This document shows positions 19,654-28,927 of a stretch of DNA of 32,000 nucleotides, piece by piece (within the stretch, counting starts at the first letter, position 1; each line of letters begins with the position of its first letter). Source of the stretch: Dickeya dadantii NCPPB 898. Lineage in GTDB: Bacteria; Pseudomonadota; Gammaproteobacteria; Enterobacterales; Enterobacteriaceae. A model generated the notes under the pieces. The model was not told where the DNA came from. It made no database searches and saw only the letters and a program-made list of their open reading frames with translations. The stretch covers positions 4,485,175 through 4,517,174 of the forward strand of contig NZ_CM001976.1 in NCBI RefSeq assembly GCF_000406145.1, in the 5' to 3' direction. A program made the position numbers and the translations under genes.

Positions 19654-20541
19654 ATGGACTTACGGGATCTGAAACTGTTTTTGCATCTGGTGGAGAGCCG
19701 CCACTTCGGCCGCACCGCCAAGGCGATGCACATCAGTCCCTCCACGCTGTCGCGCCAGATTCAGCGGCTGGAAGAGGACATCGGCCAGGCGCTGTTTTTG
19801 CGCGACAACCGCACCGTGCGCCTGACCGATGCCGGCGAGCACCTGAAAACCTTCGCTCAGCAGACGTTGCTGCAATACCAGCAGTTGCGCCTGATTCTGC
19901 AACAACGCGGCCAGTCGCTCTGCGGCGAGCTGCGGCTATTCTGTTCAGTGACCGCCGCTTACAGCCACTTGCCGCCGATTCTGGATCGCTTTCGCGCGCG
20001 GTATCCGCTGGTGGAAATCAAGCTCACTACCGGCGACGCCGCCGACGCGGTGGACAAGGTGCAGTCCAATGACGCCGACCTCGGCATCGCCGGTCACCCG
20101 GAAACGTTGCCCGGCAGCGTGGACTTCATGCCCATCGGCAAGGTGCCGCTGGTGCTGATCATTCCGGCGCTGCCCTGCCCGGTGCAGGCGCAGGCATTGT
20201 TGCCGCATCCGGACTGGTCGCAAATTCCGTTCATCCTGCCGGAGCACGGCCCGGTGCGAAAAAGAATTGACGTCTGGTTTCGCCGTCAGCACATTACCAA
20301 TCCGCCCATTTACGCTACCGTGTCCGGCCATGAAGCGATGGTTTCCATGGTGGCGCTGGGCTGCGGCATCGCCCTGATCCCTGACGTGGTACTTGAAAAC
20401 AGTCCGGAACCGGTGCGTAATCGTGTGTCGATATTGGAAGCGCAAGCCATGGAGCCTTTCGAACTGGGCGTCTGCGTGCAGAAAAAGCGCCTGAACGACC
20501 CGTTGATAGCGGCATTTTGGGAAACCCTACAGGAAAAATGA
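19654..20541 (+). CDS. ilvY: LysR-family transcriptional activator IlvY
   Basis: 295 aa. MDLRDLKLFLHLVESRHFGRTAKAMHISPSTLSRQIQRLEEDIGQ is the HTH region. The protein is colinear with E. coli IlvY and divergent from ilvC. Confidence 0.95.
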   Translation: MDLRDLKLFLHLVESRHFGRTAKAMHISPSTLSRQIQRLEEDIGQALFLRDNRTVRLTDAGEHLKTFAQQTLLQYQQLRLILQQRGQSLCGELRLFCSVTAAYSHLPPILDRFRARYPLVEIKLTTGDAADAVDKVQSNDADLGIAGHPETLPGSVDFMPIGKVPLVLIIPALPCPVQAQALLPHPDWSQIPFILPEHGPVRKRIDVWFRRQHITNPPIYATVSGHEAMVSMVALGCGIALIPDVVLENSPEPVRNRVSILEAQAMEPFELGVCVQKKRLNDPLIAAFWETLQEK

Positions 20542-21305
20542 TGAAACGATCGCTTGCTACGTTACTGCTGCCACTGGCTGTGGGTTGCAGTGCGCTCCCG
20601 GCGCTGGCCGCCAGTTTTCCCTGCCAGCAGGCCGCTTCGGCGCAGGAGAAACTGCTCTGCCAGACGCCGGCGCTCAGCCAACTGGACGATGAGCTGGCGA
20701 AAGAGTGGCAGAAGTCCCGCGCGTTTCTCACCGGCAACCCCGACCGCATCGCGCAGGACAAAAACCTGACGCAGTTCCAGCGTGGCTGGCTGTCCAGCCG
20801 TAACACCTGTCGGGATGAAGAGTGCCTGCGTCAGAGCTACCAGCAGCAGCTTACTCGCCTGCGCTACCTGAACGATGTCACCCAGCACACCATGCCGGAT
20901 CCGATCACCCGGTCACGCCGCGGCAGTTGCTTTGACGGTGACTACAGTTACGAGTATTACCTGCAGTTGTCCGATCAGGAGTACGCCGAACTGAGCGATT
21001 ACTTCAAGGAAATGTACGACCAGAAAGCGCCGTACCACCTGGCCAACCTGACGCTGAATACCGAAAACGACGAGATCACCGGCAACGGCTCGGTGGCGTT
21101 CCGCTATGCCAACAAACTGGATGACATCACGCTCAGCGCCCGCCAGATGACCGACACTCAGGCCATCGGCCTGACGGAAAGCAGTTTCGGCGGGCAGAAA
21201 AAACTGCTGTTGACCTGCGTTGACAACCGGCAGTTGCAAATCACGGTGTTTGACGCCGCCGGTGAAAGCTATCTGTTTGATTATTTGATGGTAAAGGGTA
21301 AATAA
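20538..21305 (+). CDS. secreted or lipoprotein DUF1311 (LprI-like) domain protein with an uncharacterised C-terminal domain
   Basis: ATGATG at 20538-20543 overlaps the ilvY stop codon (TGA 20539-20541). The signal sequence MMKRSLATLLLPLAVGCSALPALAA offers either a lipobox-like LAVGC or an ALAA cleavage site. FPCQQAASAQEKLLCQTPALSQLDDELAKEW...FQRGWLSSRNTCRDEECL...LTRLRYL fits the Cys/Leu/Asp/Gln-Arg-x-Trp pattern of PF07007. I recognise no family for the ~150 C-terminal residues. Confidence 0.75.
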   Translation: MMKRSLATLLLPLAVGCSALPALAASFPCQQAASAQEKLLCQTPALSQLDDELAKEWQKSRAFLTGNPDRIAQDKNLTQFQRGWLSSRNTCRDEECLRQSYQQQLTRLRYLNDVTQHTMPDPITRSRRGSCFDGDYSYEYYLQLSDQEYAELSDYFKEMYDQKAPYHLANLTLNTENDEITGNGSVAFRYANKLDDITLSARQMTDTQAIGLTESSFGGQKKLLLTCVDNRQLQITVFDAAGESYLFDYLMVKGK

Positions 21306-21308
21306 CCC

Positions 21309-22049
21309 TCAGCGGCTAAACCACTTATCATCCAGAAAGGCGGGGCTGACTTTTTCGGGTTCCGCCGCTCTCTTCATCGCTTCAATCTTCATCAGGTAGT
21401 GATACAGCGGCTCCAGCCGGGTAAAACCTTGCGCCAGCACCGATACCAGTTCACCGCTGAACAGCGGTTCCTGATCCTGCCGGGTGGTCATGACCGCAAA
21501 CGATTTACGGTTGTACCAGTGCGCCAGCTCCGGTGCCTGCTCCTTAACCAGCGGCCGTTTGTAACTCTCGCCCACCAGCTCAAATTCGCGCCCCAGACAG
21601 GCCGCTACCTTCAGAAAACCCTGCGGGTTGTCGCGCAGCGTCTGCCGGAATAGCTCCATGGTGGTGCGGCTGGCGCTGTAATACCCTAACCCGTAGCTCC
21701 AGTCATACGGCGTCAGTTCGAAAAAGTAGACCGGCGCATCGGTCCAGTCTTTGTGGGTACGTTTGAAGGTAAACCACATTTTGTCGCGATAGCGGGATTT
21801 GTCGTGAGAAAAGCGAGTATCGCGATGAATACGGGATAACGTTTTGCCCACTGCCGGCTTAGTTTCAAAATGGTCGTCAATTTGCAGCATGGCGATGGAC
21901 AGCGATTCCACCAGCGCCCGAAACGGCGTCAGCAGTGTGGCGTCATATTCCGGCCGGTGCTCTTCGAACCAATCCTTGCTGTCCTGCTGGCGTACCTGCT
22001 GCAAAAACGTCAGCGTCTGCGATGAAAACCCGTTGAATCCCGTTGTCAT
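21309..22049 (-). CDS. DUF2461 (TIGR02453) family protein
   Basis: 246 aa from ATG 22049. FNGFSSQTLTFLQQVRQQDSKDWFEEHRPEYDATLLTPF and RIHRDTRFSHDKSRYRDKMW match the family's hallmark N-terminal and RD-RFS-DK motifs. The ORF-track start at TTG 22082 is an extension. Confidence 0.8.
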   Translation of the reverse strand: MTTGFNGFSSQTLTFLQQVRQQDSKDWFEEHRPEYDATLLTPFRALVESLSIAMLQIDDHFETKPAVGKTLSRIHRDTRFSHDKSRYRDKMWFTFKRTHKDWTDAPVYFFELTPYDWSYGLGYYSASRTTMELFRQTLRDNPQGFLKVAACLGREFELVGESYKRPLVKEQAPELAHWYNRKSFAVMTTRQDQEPLFSGELVSVLAQGFTRLEPLYHYLMKIEAMKRAAEPEKVSPAFLDDKWFSR

Positions 22050-22100
22050 GATGTGGTGTCCCTGACTGGTATCAAACGTCAAGCCTACCGCAGCACACCC

Positions 22101-22142
22101 TAAAATAAAATGCGCCCGGCGGCGTAAACCGTCGGGCGCATT
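22101..22142 (-). terminator. rho-independent terminator of the ilvLXGMEDA operon
   Basis: On the - strand a 14-bp stem (AATGCGCCCGACGG / CCGCCGGGCGCATT, one G.U pair, 6-nt loop) is followed by TTTATTTTAG. Confidence 0.85.
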
Positions 22143-22160
22143 CGGAAAAGCTAACGCGCG

Positions 22161-22224
22161 TCCACCTTGAAAGAGCTTAGCCTTGCGAGAACTTAGCCCT
22201 GCGAGAACTTAGCCTTGCAAGAAG
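22161..22224 (-). repeat. 16-bp tandem repeat spanning the ilvA stop codon
   Basis: The - strand units are CTTCTTGCAAGGCTAA (the CDS end), GTTCTCGCAGGGCTAA and GTTCTCGCAAGGCTAA, then a degenerate GCTCTTTCAAGGTGGA. TTAGCC recurs on the + strand at 22177, 22193 and 22209. Confidence 0.9.
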
Positions 22225-23753
22225 AAACGGAACGCCGGATTCTGCGTCTCATCGTGGCACTCATACCCCAGCGCCTGCAGATGTTGCTCGAACGCCGGGT
22301 CGTGTTCCGTACGCTCGAAAGCCGCCAGTACACGACCAAAGTCGGTGCCGTGGCTGCGGTAATGGAACAGCGAGATATTCCAGTACGTTCCCAGCGTATT
22401 GAGGAACTTCAGCAACGCGCCCGGCGATTCCGGGAACTCGAAGCTGTACAACCGTTCCTTCAGCGGCTTGGACGGCCGCCCACCCACCATGTAGCGCACA
22501 TGCAGTTTCGCCATCTCGTCGTCGGACAGGTCCACCACCTGATAACCGCCCGCCTGCAATTCCGCCAGAATCTCCTGCCGCTCAACATTGCCGCGCGTCA
22601 GCCGCACGCCGACAAAAATACAGGCGTTGTCGGCATTGGCGTAACGGTAGTTGAACTCGGTGACGGAACGCCCGCCCAGCAACTGGCAGAACTTGAGGAA
22701 GCTGCCCTTCTGCTCGGGAATGGTCACCGCCATCAGCGCTTCACGTTGTTCGCCCAGTTCGCAGCGCTCGGATACATAGCGCAGCCCGTGGAAGTTGACG
22801 TTGGCGCCGGACAGAATATGCGCCAGCCGCTCGCCCTGGATATTGTGCTGCTGGATGTATTTTTTCATCCCGGCCAGCGCCAGCGCCCCGGACGGTTCGG
22901 CAATCGCGCGCACATCCTCGAACAGGTCTTTGACCGCCGCGCAGATAGCGTCGCTGTCAACGGTGATCACATCGTCCAGATACTCCCGGCACAGGCGGAA
23001 GGTTTCGTTACCGATGCGCTTCACCGCTACCCCTTCGGCAAACAGCCCGACGCGCGGCAAATCCACCGGCTGACCGGCATCCAGCGCCGCACGCAGGCAG
23101 GCGGAATCTTCCGCTTCGACGCCGATCACCTGAATCTGCGGCATCAGTTGCTTGATTAGCACCGCCACGCCCGACGCCAGACCGCCGCCGCCCACCGGCA
23201 CGAATACGCGGTCCAGATGGGCATCCTGCTGCAGCAGTTCCATCGCCACCGTCCCTTGCCCGGCGATCACCGCCGGGTGGTCGAACGGCGGCACAAAGGT
23301 CATGTGCTGCTGTTGCGACAGTGCGATCGCCTTGGCTTTGGCTTCATCAAAGTTGGCGCCGTATAGCAGCACTTCGCCGCCAAAATCGCGCACCGCATCC
23401 ACCTTGATGTCCGCCGTGGCGACCGGCATCACGATCAACGCGCGAATGCCGAGACGGCTGGCGGACAGCGCCACGCCTTGCGCATGGTTGCCGGCCGAGG
23501 CCGTCACCACGCCGTGTGATTTCTGCTCGTCACTGAGGCTCGCCATCATGGCGTAAGCGCCGCGCAGCTTGAAGCTGTGCACCAGTTGACGATCTTCACG
23601 CTTGACCAGAATGACGTTGCCAAGCCGTGAGGACAGTTTGTCCATCGGTTCCAGCGGCGTGACCTGCGCCACTTCGTACACCGGCGCGCGCAACACCGCG
23701 CGCAGGTACTCCGCTCCGCCGGGTTCGGCGGGAAGAGGTTGTGATACAGCCAT
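22209..23753 (-). CDS. ilvA: threonine ammonia-lyase, biosynthetic (threonine deaminase)
   Basis: 514 aa, the same length as E. coli IlvA. It contains SFKLRGAY (the PLP lysine region) and ends NPAFRFFLQG. Confidence 0.97.
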   Translation of the reverse strand: MAVSQPLPAEPGGAEYLRAVLRAPVYEVAQVTPLEPMDKLSSRLGNVILVKREDRQLVHSFKLRGAYAMMASLSDEQKSHGVVTASAGNHAQGVALSASRLGIRALIVMPVATADIKVDAVRDFGGEVLLYGANFDEAKAKAIALSQQQHMTFVPPFDHPAVIAGQGTVAMELLQQDAHLDRVFVPVGGGGLASGVAVLIKQLMPQIQVIGVEAEDSACLRAALDAGQPVDLPRVGLFAEGVAVKRIGNETFRLCREYLDDVITVDSDAICAAVKDLFEDVRAIAEPSGALALAGMKKYIQQHNIQGERLAHILSGANVNFHGLRYVSERCELGEQREALMAVTIPEQKGSFLKFCQLLGGRSVTEFNYRYANADNACIFVGVRLTRGNVERQEILAELQAGGYQVVDLSDDEMAKLHVRYMVGGRPSKPLKERLYSFEFPESPGALLKFLNTLGTYWNISLFHYRSHGTDFGRVLAAFERTEHDPAFEQHLQALGYECHDETQNPAFRFFLQG

Positions 23754-23758
23754 GGCGT

Positions 23759-25609
23759 TTAGCCTCCCAGCTTGCTCTTGTCTCGGACCGCGCCTTTGTC
23801 GGCGCTGGTAGCCAGGCTGGCGTAAGCGCGCAGCGCAAAAGAAACCTGACGGTTACGGTTTTTCGGCGTCCAGGCGGCATCGCCGCGCGCCAGTTCCTGC
23901 TCGCGACGGCGGGCCAGATCGTCGTCGCTCACTTCCAGCGCGATACCGCGTTTGGGAATGTCGATAGCGATCATGTCGCCGTCCTGCACCAGACCAATGA
24001 TGCCGCCGTTGGCCGCTTCCGGCGACGCATGGCCGATGGACAGGCCGGAGGTGCCGCCGGAGAAACGACCGTCGGTGATCAGCGCACAGGCTTTGCCCAA
24101 CCCCATCGATTTCAGGAAGCTGGTCGGATAGAGCATTTCCTGCATGCCGGGGCCGCCTTTCGGGCCTTCGTAGCGAATCACCACCACGTCGCCGGCCTGC
24201 ACGCGGCCGCCCAGAATCGCTTCTACCGCGTCATCCTGGCTTTCATACACCTTGGCCGGGCCGCGGAACACCAGACTGCCTTCATCCACGCCAGCGGTTT
24301 TCACGATACAGCCGTCTTCGGCCAGATTGCCGTACAGCACCGCCAGACCGCCATCCTGACTGTAAGCGTGTTCGCGGGAACGGATGCAGCCTTCCTGACG
24401 GTCGATATCCAGCGAATCCCAGCGGCAGTCCTGCGAGAACGCCTGCGTGGTGCGAATGCCCGCCGGGCCGGCGGCAAACATTTTTTTCACCGCGTCATCC
24501 TGCGTCAACATGACGTCATAAGCGGACAGCGTTTCCGGCAGGGTCAGGCCCAGTACGTTTTTCACGTTTTTATTCAGCAGGCCGGCGCGATCCAGCTCGC
24601 CCAAAATGCCGATCACGCCACCGGCGCGGTGCACGTCTTCCATGTGGTATTTCTGGGTGCTCGGCGCTACTTTGCACAGCTGCGGCACTTTACGCGACAG
24701 ACGATCGATGTCGTCCATGGTGAAGTCCACTTCCGCTTCCTGCGCCGATGCCAGCAGGTGCAGCACGGTATTGGTGGAGCCGCCCATGGCGATATCCAGC
24801 GTCATGGCGTTTTCAAACGCCGCCTTGGTGGCGATATTGCGCGGCAACGCGCTGGCGTCATCCTGTTCGTAGTAACGCTTGGTCAGTTCAACGATGCGTT
24901 TACCCGCGTTGAGGAACAGCTGTTTGCGGTCGGCGTGGGTCGCCAGCAGCGAGCCGTTGCCCGGTTGGGACAGCCCCAGCGCTTCGGTCAGGCAGTTCAT
25001 GGAGTTGGCGGTGAACATGCCGGAACAGGAACCGCAGGTCGGGCAGGCGGAGCGCTCAATCTGATCGCTGTCGGCGTCACTGACATTCGGATTAGCGCCC
25101 TGAATCATGGCGTCCACCAGATCCAGCTTGATGAGCTGATTGGAAAGCTTGGTCTTCCCGGCTTCCATCGGACCGCCGGAGACGAAAATCACCGGAATGT
25201 TCAGGCGCAGCGACGCCATCAGCATCCCCGGGGTGATCTTGTCGCAGTTGGAGATACACACCATGGCGTCCGCGCAGTGCGCGTTGACCATGTACTCCAC
25301 CGAGTCGGCGATCAGTTCGCGGGACGGCAGGGAATAGAGCATACCGCCATGCCCCATGGCGATACCGTCATCCACCGCGATGGTATTAAATTCTTTGGCG
25401 ACGCCGCCGGCGGCTTCAATTTGCTCGGCGACCAGTTTGCCCAGATCGCGCAGGTGAACGTGTCCGGGTACGAATTGCGTGAACGAGTTCACCACGGCGA
25501 TGATGGGCTTGCCGAAATCGGCGTCGGTCATCCCGGTGGCGCGCCACAGGGCTCGCGCTCCAGCCATATTACGACCATGCGTGGTGGTGGCTGAACGGTA
25601 CTTAGGCAT
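23759..25609 (-). CDS. ilvD: dihydroxy-acid dehydratase
   Basis: 616 aa. [27 protein letters not shown]... is colinear with E. coli IlvD. The gap to ilvA is 5 nt. Confidence 0.97.
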   Translation of the reverse strand: MPKYRSATTTHGRNMAGARALWRATGMTDADFGKPIIAVVNSFTQFVPGHVHLRDLGKLVAEQIEAAGGVAKEFNTIAVDDGIAMGHGGMLYSLPSRELIADSVEYMVNAHCADAMVCISNCDKITPGMLMASLRLNIPVIFVSGGPMEAGKTKLSNQLIKLDLVDAMIQGANPNVSDADSDQIERSACPTCGSCSGMFTANSMNCLTEALGLSQPGNGSLLATHADRKQLFLNAGKRIVELTKRYYEQDDASALPRNIATKAAFENAMTLDIAMGGSTNTVLHLLASAQEAEVDFTMDDIDRLSRKVPQLCKVAPSTQKYHMEDVHRAGGVIGILGELDRAGLLNKNVKNVLGLTLPETLSAYDVMLTQDDAVKKMFAAGPAGIRTTQAFSQDCRWDSLDIDRQEGCIRSREHAYSQDGGLAVLYGNLAEDGCIVKTAGVDEGSLVFRGPAKVYESQDDAVEAILGGRVQAGDVVVIRYEGPKGGPGMQEMLYPTSFLKSMGLGKACALITDGRFSGGTSGLSIGHASPEAANGGIIGLVQDGDMIAIDIPKRGIALEVSDDDLARRREQELARGDAAWTPKNRNRQVSFALRAYASLATSADKGAVRDKSKLGG

Positions 25610-25638
25610 ACTCTGATTACTCCAGTTTAAACGGGTAG

Positions 25639-25661
25639 CCGGCGGCGGTTTGCGCCACCGG
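25639..25661 (-). other. intercistronic hairpin between ilvE and ilvD
   Basis: On the - strand, CCGGTGGCG-CAAAC-CGCCGCCGG forms a 9-bp stem with one G.U pair and has no U-tract. Confidence 0.4.
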
Positions 25662-25678
25662 AAAAAGTCTTTGTTTGA

Positions 25679-26605
25679 TTAACGGTTTACCGGGTCCAGC
25701 CAGCCCCATTTGTCTTCCGTCTCGCCGGTGAACAGGCCGAAGAACGCCTGCTGTAGCTGTTTGGTAACCGGGCCGCATTTGCCGATGCCGACCTGAATGC
25801 CGTCCACGCTGCGAACCGGGGTGATTTCCGCCGCCGTGCCGGACATGAACACTTCATCCGCCAGATACAGCGATTCGCGCGACAACACCTGCTCGCGCAC
25901 TTCAAAGCCTTTGTCTTTCGCCAGCTTGATGATGGCGTCGCGGGTAATACCCGGCAGCGCGGCGGAAGTGAACGGCGGGGTGAAAATCACGCCGTCTTTT
26001 ACTTCAAACAGGTTTTCACCTGCGCCTTCAGAGACATAACCGTTCACATCCAACGCGATCCCTTCCTGATAACCGTGACGGCGCGCTTCGCTGCCCACCA
26101 GCAGAGAAGACAGGTAGTTACCACCAGCTTTAGCCGCGGTCGGAATGGTATTGGCGGCAACGCGATTCCAGGACGACACCATGGCGTCGATCCCCTGATC
26201 CAGCGCTTCTTCGCCCAGATACGCGCCCCACGGGAACGCCGCGATAATCACATCGGTGTTATAGCCGGCTGGCGGGTTAACCCCCATGCCTACATCGCCA
26301 ACAAATACCAGCGGGCGAATATACGCGCTGGTCAGTTTGTTCCGACGCAGCGTTTCGCGGCAAGCTTCCATCAGCTCGTCAACGCTGTAGGAGATCGGCA
26401 TACGGTAAATTTTGGCTGAATCATGCAGGCGCTGCATGTGTTCGCGATGACGGAACACCACCGGCCCTTTGTGAGAACTATAGCACCGCACACCTTCAAA
26501 CACCGACGTGCCGTAATGCAGCGCGTGGGACATCACGTGAACTTTGGCGTCCGCCCAGGGAATCATTTCGCCATTGAACCAGATATAGTCTGCTTTTTTT
26601 GTCAT
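25679..26605 (-). CDS. ilvE: branched-chain-amino-acid aminotransferase
   Basis: 308 aa. MTKKADYIWFNGEMIPWADAKVHVMSHALHYGTSVFEG... is colinear with E. coli IlvE. Confidence 0.97.
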   Translation of the reverse strand: MTKKADYIWFNGEMIPWADAKVHVMSHALHYGTSVFEGVRCYSSHKGPVVFRHREHMQRLHDSAKIYRMPISYSVDELMEACRETLRRNKLTSAYIRPLVFVGDVGMGVNPPAGYNTDVIIAAFPWGAYLGEEALDQGIDAMVSSWNRVAANTIPTAAKAGGNYLSSLLVGSEARRHGYQEGIALDVNGYVSEGAGENLFEVKDGVIFTPPFTSAALPGITRDAIIKLAKDKGFEVREQVLSRESLYLADEVFMSGTAAEITPVRSVDGIQVGIGKCGPVTKQLQQAFFGLFTGETEDKWGWLDPVNR

Positions 26606-26629
26606 TGTTGATTTTCCTTACCGATGCCG

Positions 26630-26887
26630 TCAGGCACGTATTTGTTGTGATGTGAGCGGCTGGATCTCCACACAGGCAATGTCCAGCAGTTTGCTTAATT
26701 GGGTTGACAATAAATCCACCGATCTGTGGCTGGCAACGGTCATTTCTATCTGTACCTGATCGTCGTTATTCGCCTGCGTCATATTCATGGCGCAAACCTG
26801 AAAACCACGATGACGGGTCACGCGCAACACGCGCTCCAATACTTCCGGACGATAACGGGCCTGAATGGAAAGCTGATGATGTGTCAT
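26630..26887 (-). CDS. ilvM: acetolactate synthase II small (regulatory) subunit
   Basis: MTHHQLSIQARYRPEVLERVLRVTRHRGFQVCAMNM...SQQIRA aligns with E. coli IlvM from its first Met. AGGAG lies 8 nt upstream of ATG 26887. The alternative ATG 26905 overlaps the ilvG stop (TAATG) and would add 6 codons. Confidence 0.88.
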   Translation of the reverse strand: MTHHQLSIQARYRPEVLERVLRVTRHRGFQVCAMNMTQANNDDQVQIEMTVASHRSVDLLSTQLSKLLDIACVEIQPLTSQQIRA

Positions 26888-26904
26888 GGGAAAATCTCCT
26901 GCCA

Positions 26905-28551
26905 TTATTCTGTTTTATCCAGCATTGTTTCATTACCGGCACCCGGCGGCACCAGCGGCCAGACATTCTCATTCTCATCGATGGAAACATGCAGCAGGTA
27001 CGGACCTTCGCTATTCAGCAGCGCATCCAGGGCGGAATCAATCTGGTCTTTATGGGTGATTTGCTGGCCGGGAATGCCGAAAGCGCTGGCCAGCATCAGG
27101 AAATCGGGGTTATCGGAGAGGTTGGTTTCACTGTAGCGTTCGTCGAAAAACAGTTGCTGCCATTGTCGAACCATGCCCAGTCGCTGATTATCCAGCAACA
27201 CGATTTTCAGCGGCAGACGTTTTCGTTTGATGGTGCCGAGCTCCTGCACATTCATCATGAAAGAGCCGTCACCGGAAATACAAATTACGGTATCGTCAGG
27301 GCGCGCCACCTGTGCGCCGACCGCCGCCGGCACGCCAAATCCCATGGTGCCAAGCCCGCTTGAGGTGATGAAATTTTCCGGACGGGTGAAGTGCATATGC
27401 TGGGCGGCCCACATCTGGTGCTGCCCGACGTCGGTGGTGATCACCGTCTCGGCCGGCATACGGTCCGCCAGAGTGCGGAGCAGCGCCGGCGCATAAATGG
27501 CCTTGCCCGGATGGTCATAACGCCACTCGTATTCGGCCTTCATCATCGCCGCCAGCTGACGCCAGTCAGCGATGTCCAGCGGTTGTTGCAGCGCCGGCAG
27601 CAGTTGATTCAGATCACCGCGCAGCGCCACATGCGCCTGCCGCAGTTTATTCAGCTCCGCCGGGTCGATATCCATGTGGATCACACCGGCATGCGGCGCA
27701 AACGCGCTCAGTTTGCCGGTCACGCGGTCATCAAAACGCGCGCCGACGGCAATCAGCAAGTCGCACTCCTGCACCAGCAGGTTGGCGGCGCGGGTGCCGT
27801 GCATACCGATCATACCGAGATAGTACGGGTAGTCCTTCTCGACCGCGCCCAACCCTTTCAGGGTCGCCACGGCGGGAATTTGAGCCGTTTCGATAAACGA
27901 GCGCAACGCCGGAACCGCCTGCGCCATTCCTACGCCGCCCCCCACATACAGCACCGGTTTTTTCGCCCGCGCCAGCATCGCCCGCGCTTCTGCGACCTGC
28001 TGGGCCGAGAACGGCATCACGTCATCCACCGGCATGAAACACGGAGAGAAATCCCCTTCCGCCAGTTGAATATCCTTGGGAATATCAATCAGTACCGGGC
28101 CGGGACGCCCGCTGCGGGCCACGGCGAAGGCTTCGGCCATGATCTCCGGCAACGACGCGATGGAGTCGACCAGAAAACTGTGTTTGGTGCAGGCCAGCGA
28201 CAAGCCGAGTACGTCGATCTCCTGAAAGGCATCGGTTCCGATCAGGGCAGAGCCGACCTGGCCGGTAATCGCCACAATGGGTACCGAATCCAGCAACGCA
28301 TCCGCCAGACCGGTGATCAGATTGGTCGCGCCGGGGCCGGACGTCGCAATGCAAACCCCGACGTTGCCGGTAGAACGGGCATAACCAATGGCGGCCATCG
28401 CCGCCCCCTGCTCATGGCGACAGAGCAGGTGTTCCACGCCGCCGTCGTACAACGCATCATAGACCGGCATAATCGCGCCACCAGGATAACCGAATACGGT
28501 TTCCACTCCCTGCGCCCGCAACGCTTGTACCACCCACTGCGCACCATTCAT
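26905..28551 (-). CDS. ilvG: acetolactate synthase II large subunit (intact)
   Basis: 548 aa. [34 protein letters not shown]... includes the TPP motif [14 protein letters not shown]. It lacks the frameshift found in E. coli K-12. Confidence 0.97.
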   Translation of the reverse strand: MNGAQWVVQALRAQGVETVFGYPGGAIMPVYDALYDGGVEHLLCRHEQGAAMAAIGYARSTGNVGVCIATSGPGATNLITGLADALLDSVPIVAITGQVGSALIGTDAFQEIDVLGLSLACTKHSFLVDSIASLPEIMAEAFAVARSGRPGPVLIDIPKDIQLAEGDFSPCFMPVDDVMPFSAQQVAEARAMLARAKKPVLYVGGGVGMAQAVPALRSFIETAQIPAVATLKGLGAVEKDYPYYLGMIGMHGTRAANLLVQECDLLIAVGARFDDRVTGKLSAFAPHAGVIHMDIDPAELNKLRQAHVALRGDLNQLLPALQQPLDIADWRQLAAMMKAEYEWRYDHPGKAIYAPALLRTLADRMPAETVITTDVGQHQMWAAQHMHFTRPENFITSSGLGTMGFGVPAAVGAQVARPDDTVICISGDGSFMMNVQELGTIKRKRLPLKIVLLDNQRLGMVRQWQQLFFDERYSETNLSDNPDFLMLASAFGIPGQQITHKDQIDSALDALLNSEGPYLLHVSIDENENVWPLVPPGAGNETMLDKTE

Positions 28552-28553
28552 AG

Positions 28554-28604
28554 TTATTTCCCCGACTCTATCTGGGGAAAACAGGATTTTATGCTAATCG
28601 ACAT
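28554..28604 (-). CDS. ilvX: 16-codon small ORF, ilvX-like
   Basis: The ORF is ATG TCG ATT AGC ATA AAA TCC TGT TTT CCC CAG ATA GAG TCG GGG AAA TAA ([16 protein letters not shown]). SD GGGAG lies 6 nt upstream, and the stop is 2 nt before the ilvG ATG. Length, position and residues (M1, S4, K6, C8, F9, G15) match E. coli IlvX (MNNSTKFCFSRFRTGN, from memory). Confidence 0.55.
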   Translation of the reverse strand: MSISIKSCFPQIESGK

Positions 28605-28636
28605 TGTCTGCTCCCTTGTTGCGATTGCCGGCCCAT

Positions 28637-28670
28637 AAAAAAACCCCCGACCTTTCGGTGCGGGGGTTTT
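28637..28670 (-). terminator. ilv attenuator terminator
   Basis: On the - strand, AAAACCCCCGCACCGAAAGGTCGGGGGTTTTTTTAT pairs CCCCCG with CGGGGG and ACC with GGT inside the loop, and is followed by T7. It lies 21 nt after the ilvL stop. Confidence 0.85.
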
Positions 28671-28690
28671 CTTGAATTCGGCCTTGATTT

Positions 28691-28789
28691 CTAAGCCATT
28701 CTTCGTCCAAGTGCTGCCCCGCACGGTGGGATAATAATCACCACCACGCTAATCACGACTAGGCTAATCACCAGGTTGAAGGCTTTCAT
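28691..28789 (-). CDS. ilvL: ilvLXGMEDA operon leader peptide
   Basis: 32 aa, MKAFNLVISLVVISVVVIIIPPCGAALGRRMA. 14 of the 32 codons encode Ile, Leu or Val. It is very similar to E. coli IlvL (MTALLRVISLVVISVVVIIIPPCGAALGRGKA). Confidence 0.9.
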   Translation of the reverse strand: MKAFNLVISLVVISVVVIIIPPCGAALGRRMA

Positions 28790-28831
28790 TTCAGGTTGTT
28801 CATTAATCTACTGTCGAACGAATACCTACAG

Positions 28832-28860
28832 AGTTATCACAGTAAGCCCTGCGGTGACAA
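28832..28860 (-). promoter_or_regulatory. candidate sigma70 promoter of the ilv leader
   Basis: On the - strand, TTGTCA-N17-ATAACT is preceded by an A8 tract (UP-element-like). It lies about 45 nt upstream of the ilvL ATG. Confidence 0.4.
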
Positions 28861-28927
28861 CTTTTTTTTCCGCGGCTATTGGGTCAACAAACCGATAAGC
28901 ATCACAAAACGGCTTATTATTCATGCA

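Noticed and set aside
23741-25594. 617-aa ORF on the + strand
   Set aside because: It lies exactly antisense to ilvD, whose product is unmistakable. Its translation is Arg/Gly/Ala/His-rich low-complexity sequence, typical of a shadow ORF in GC-rich coding DNA.
27391-28638. 415-aa + strand ORF
   Set aside because: It is antisense to ilvG and runs across the ilvX and attenuator region. It is a shadow ORF.
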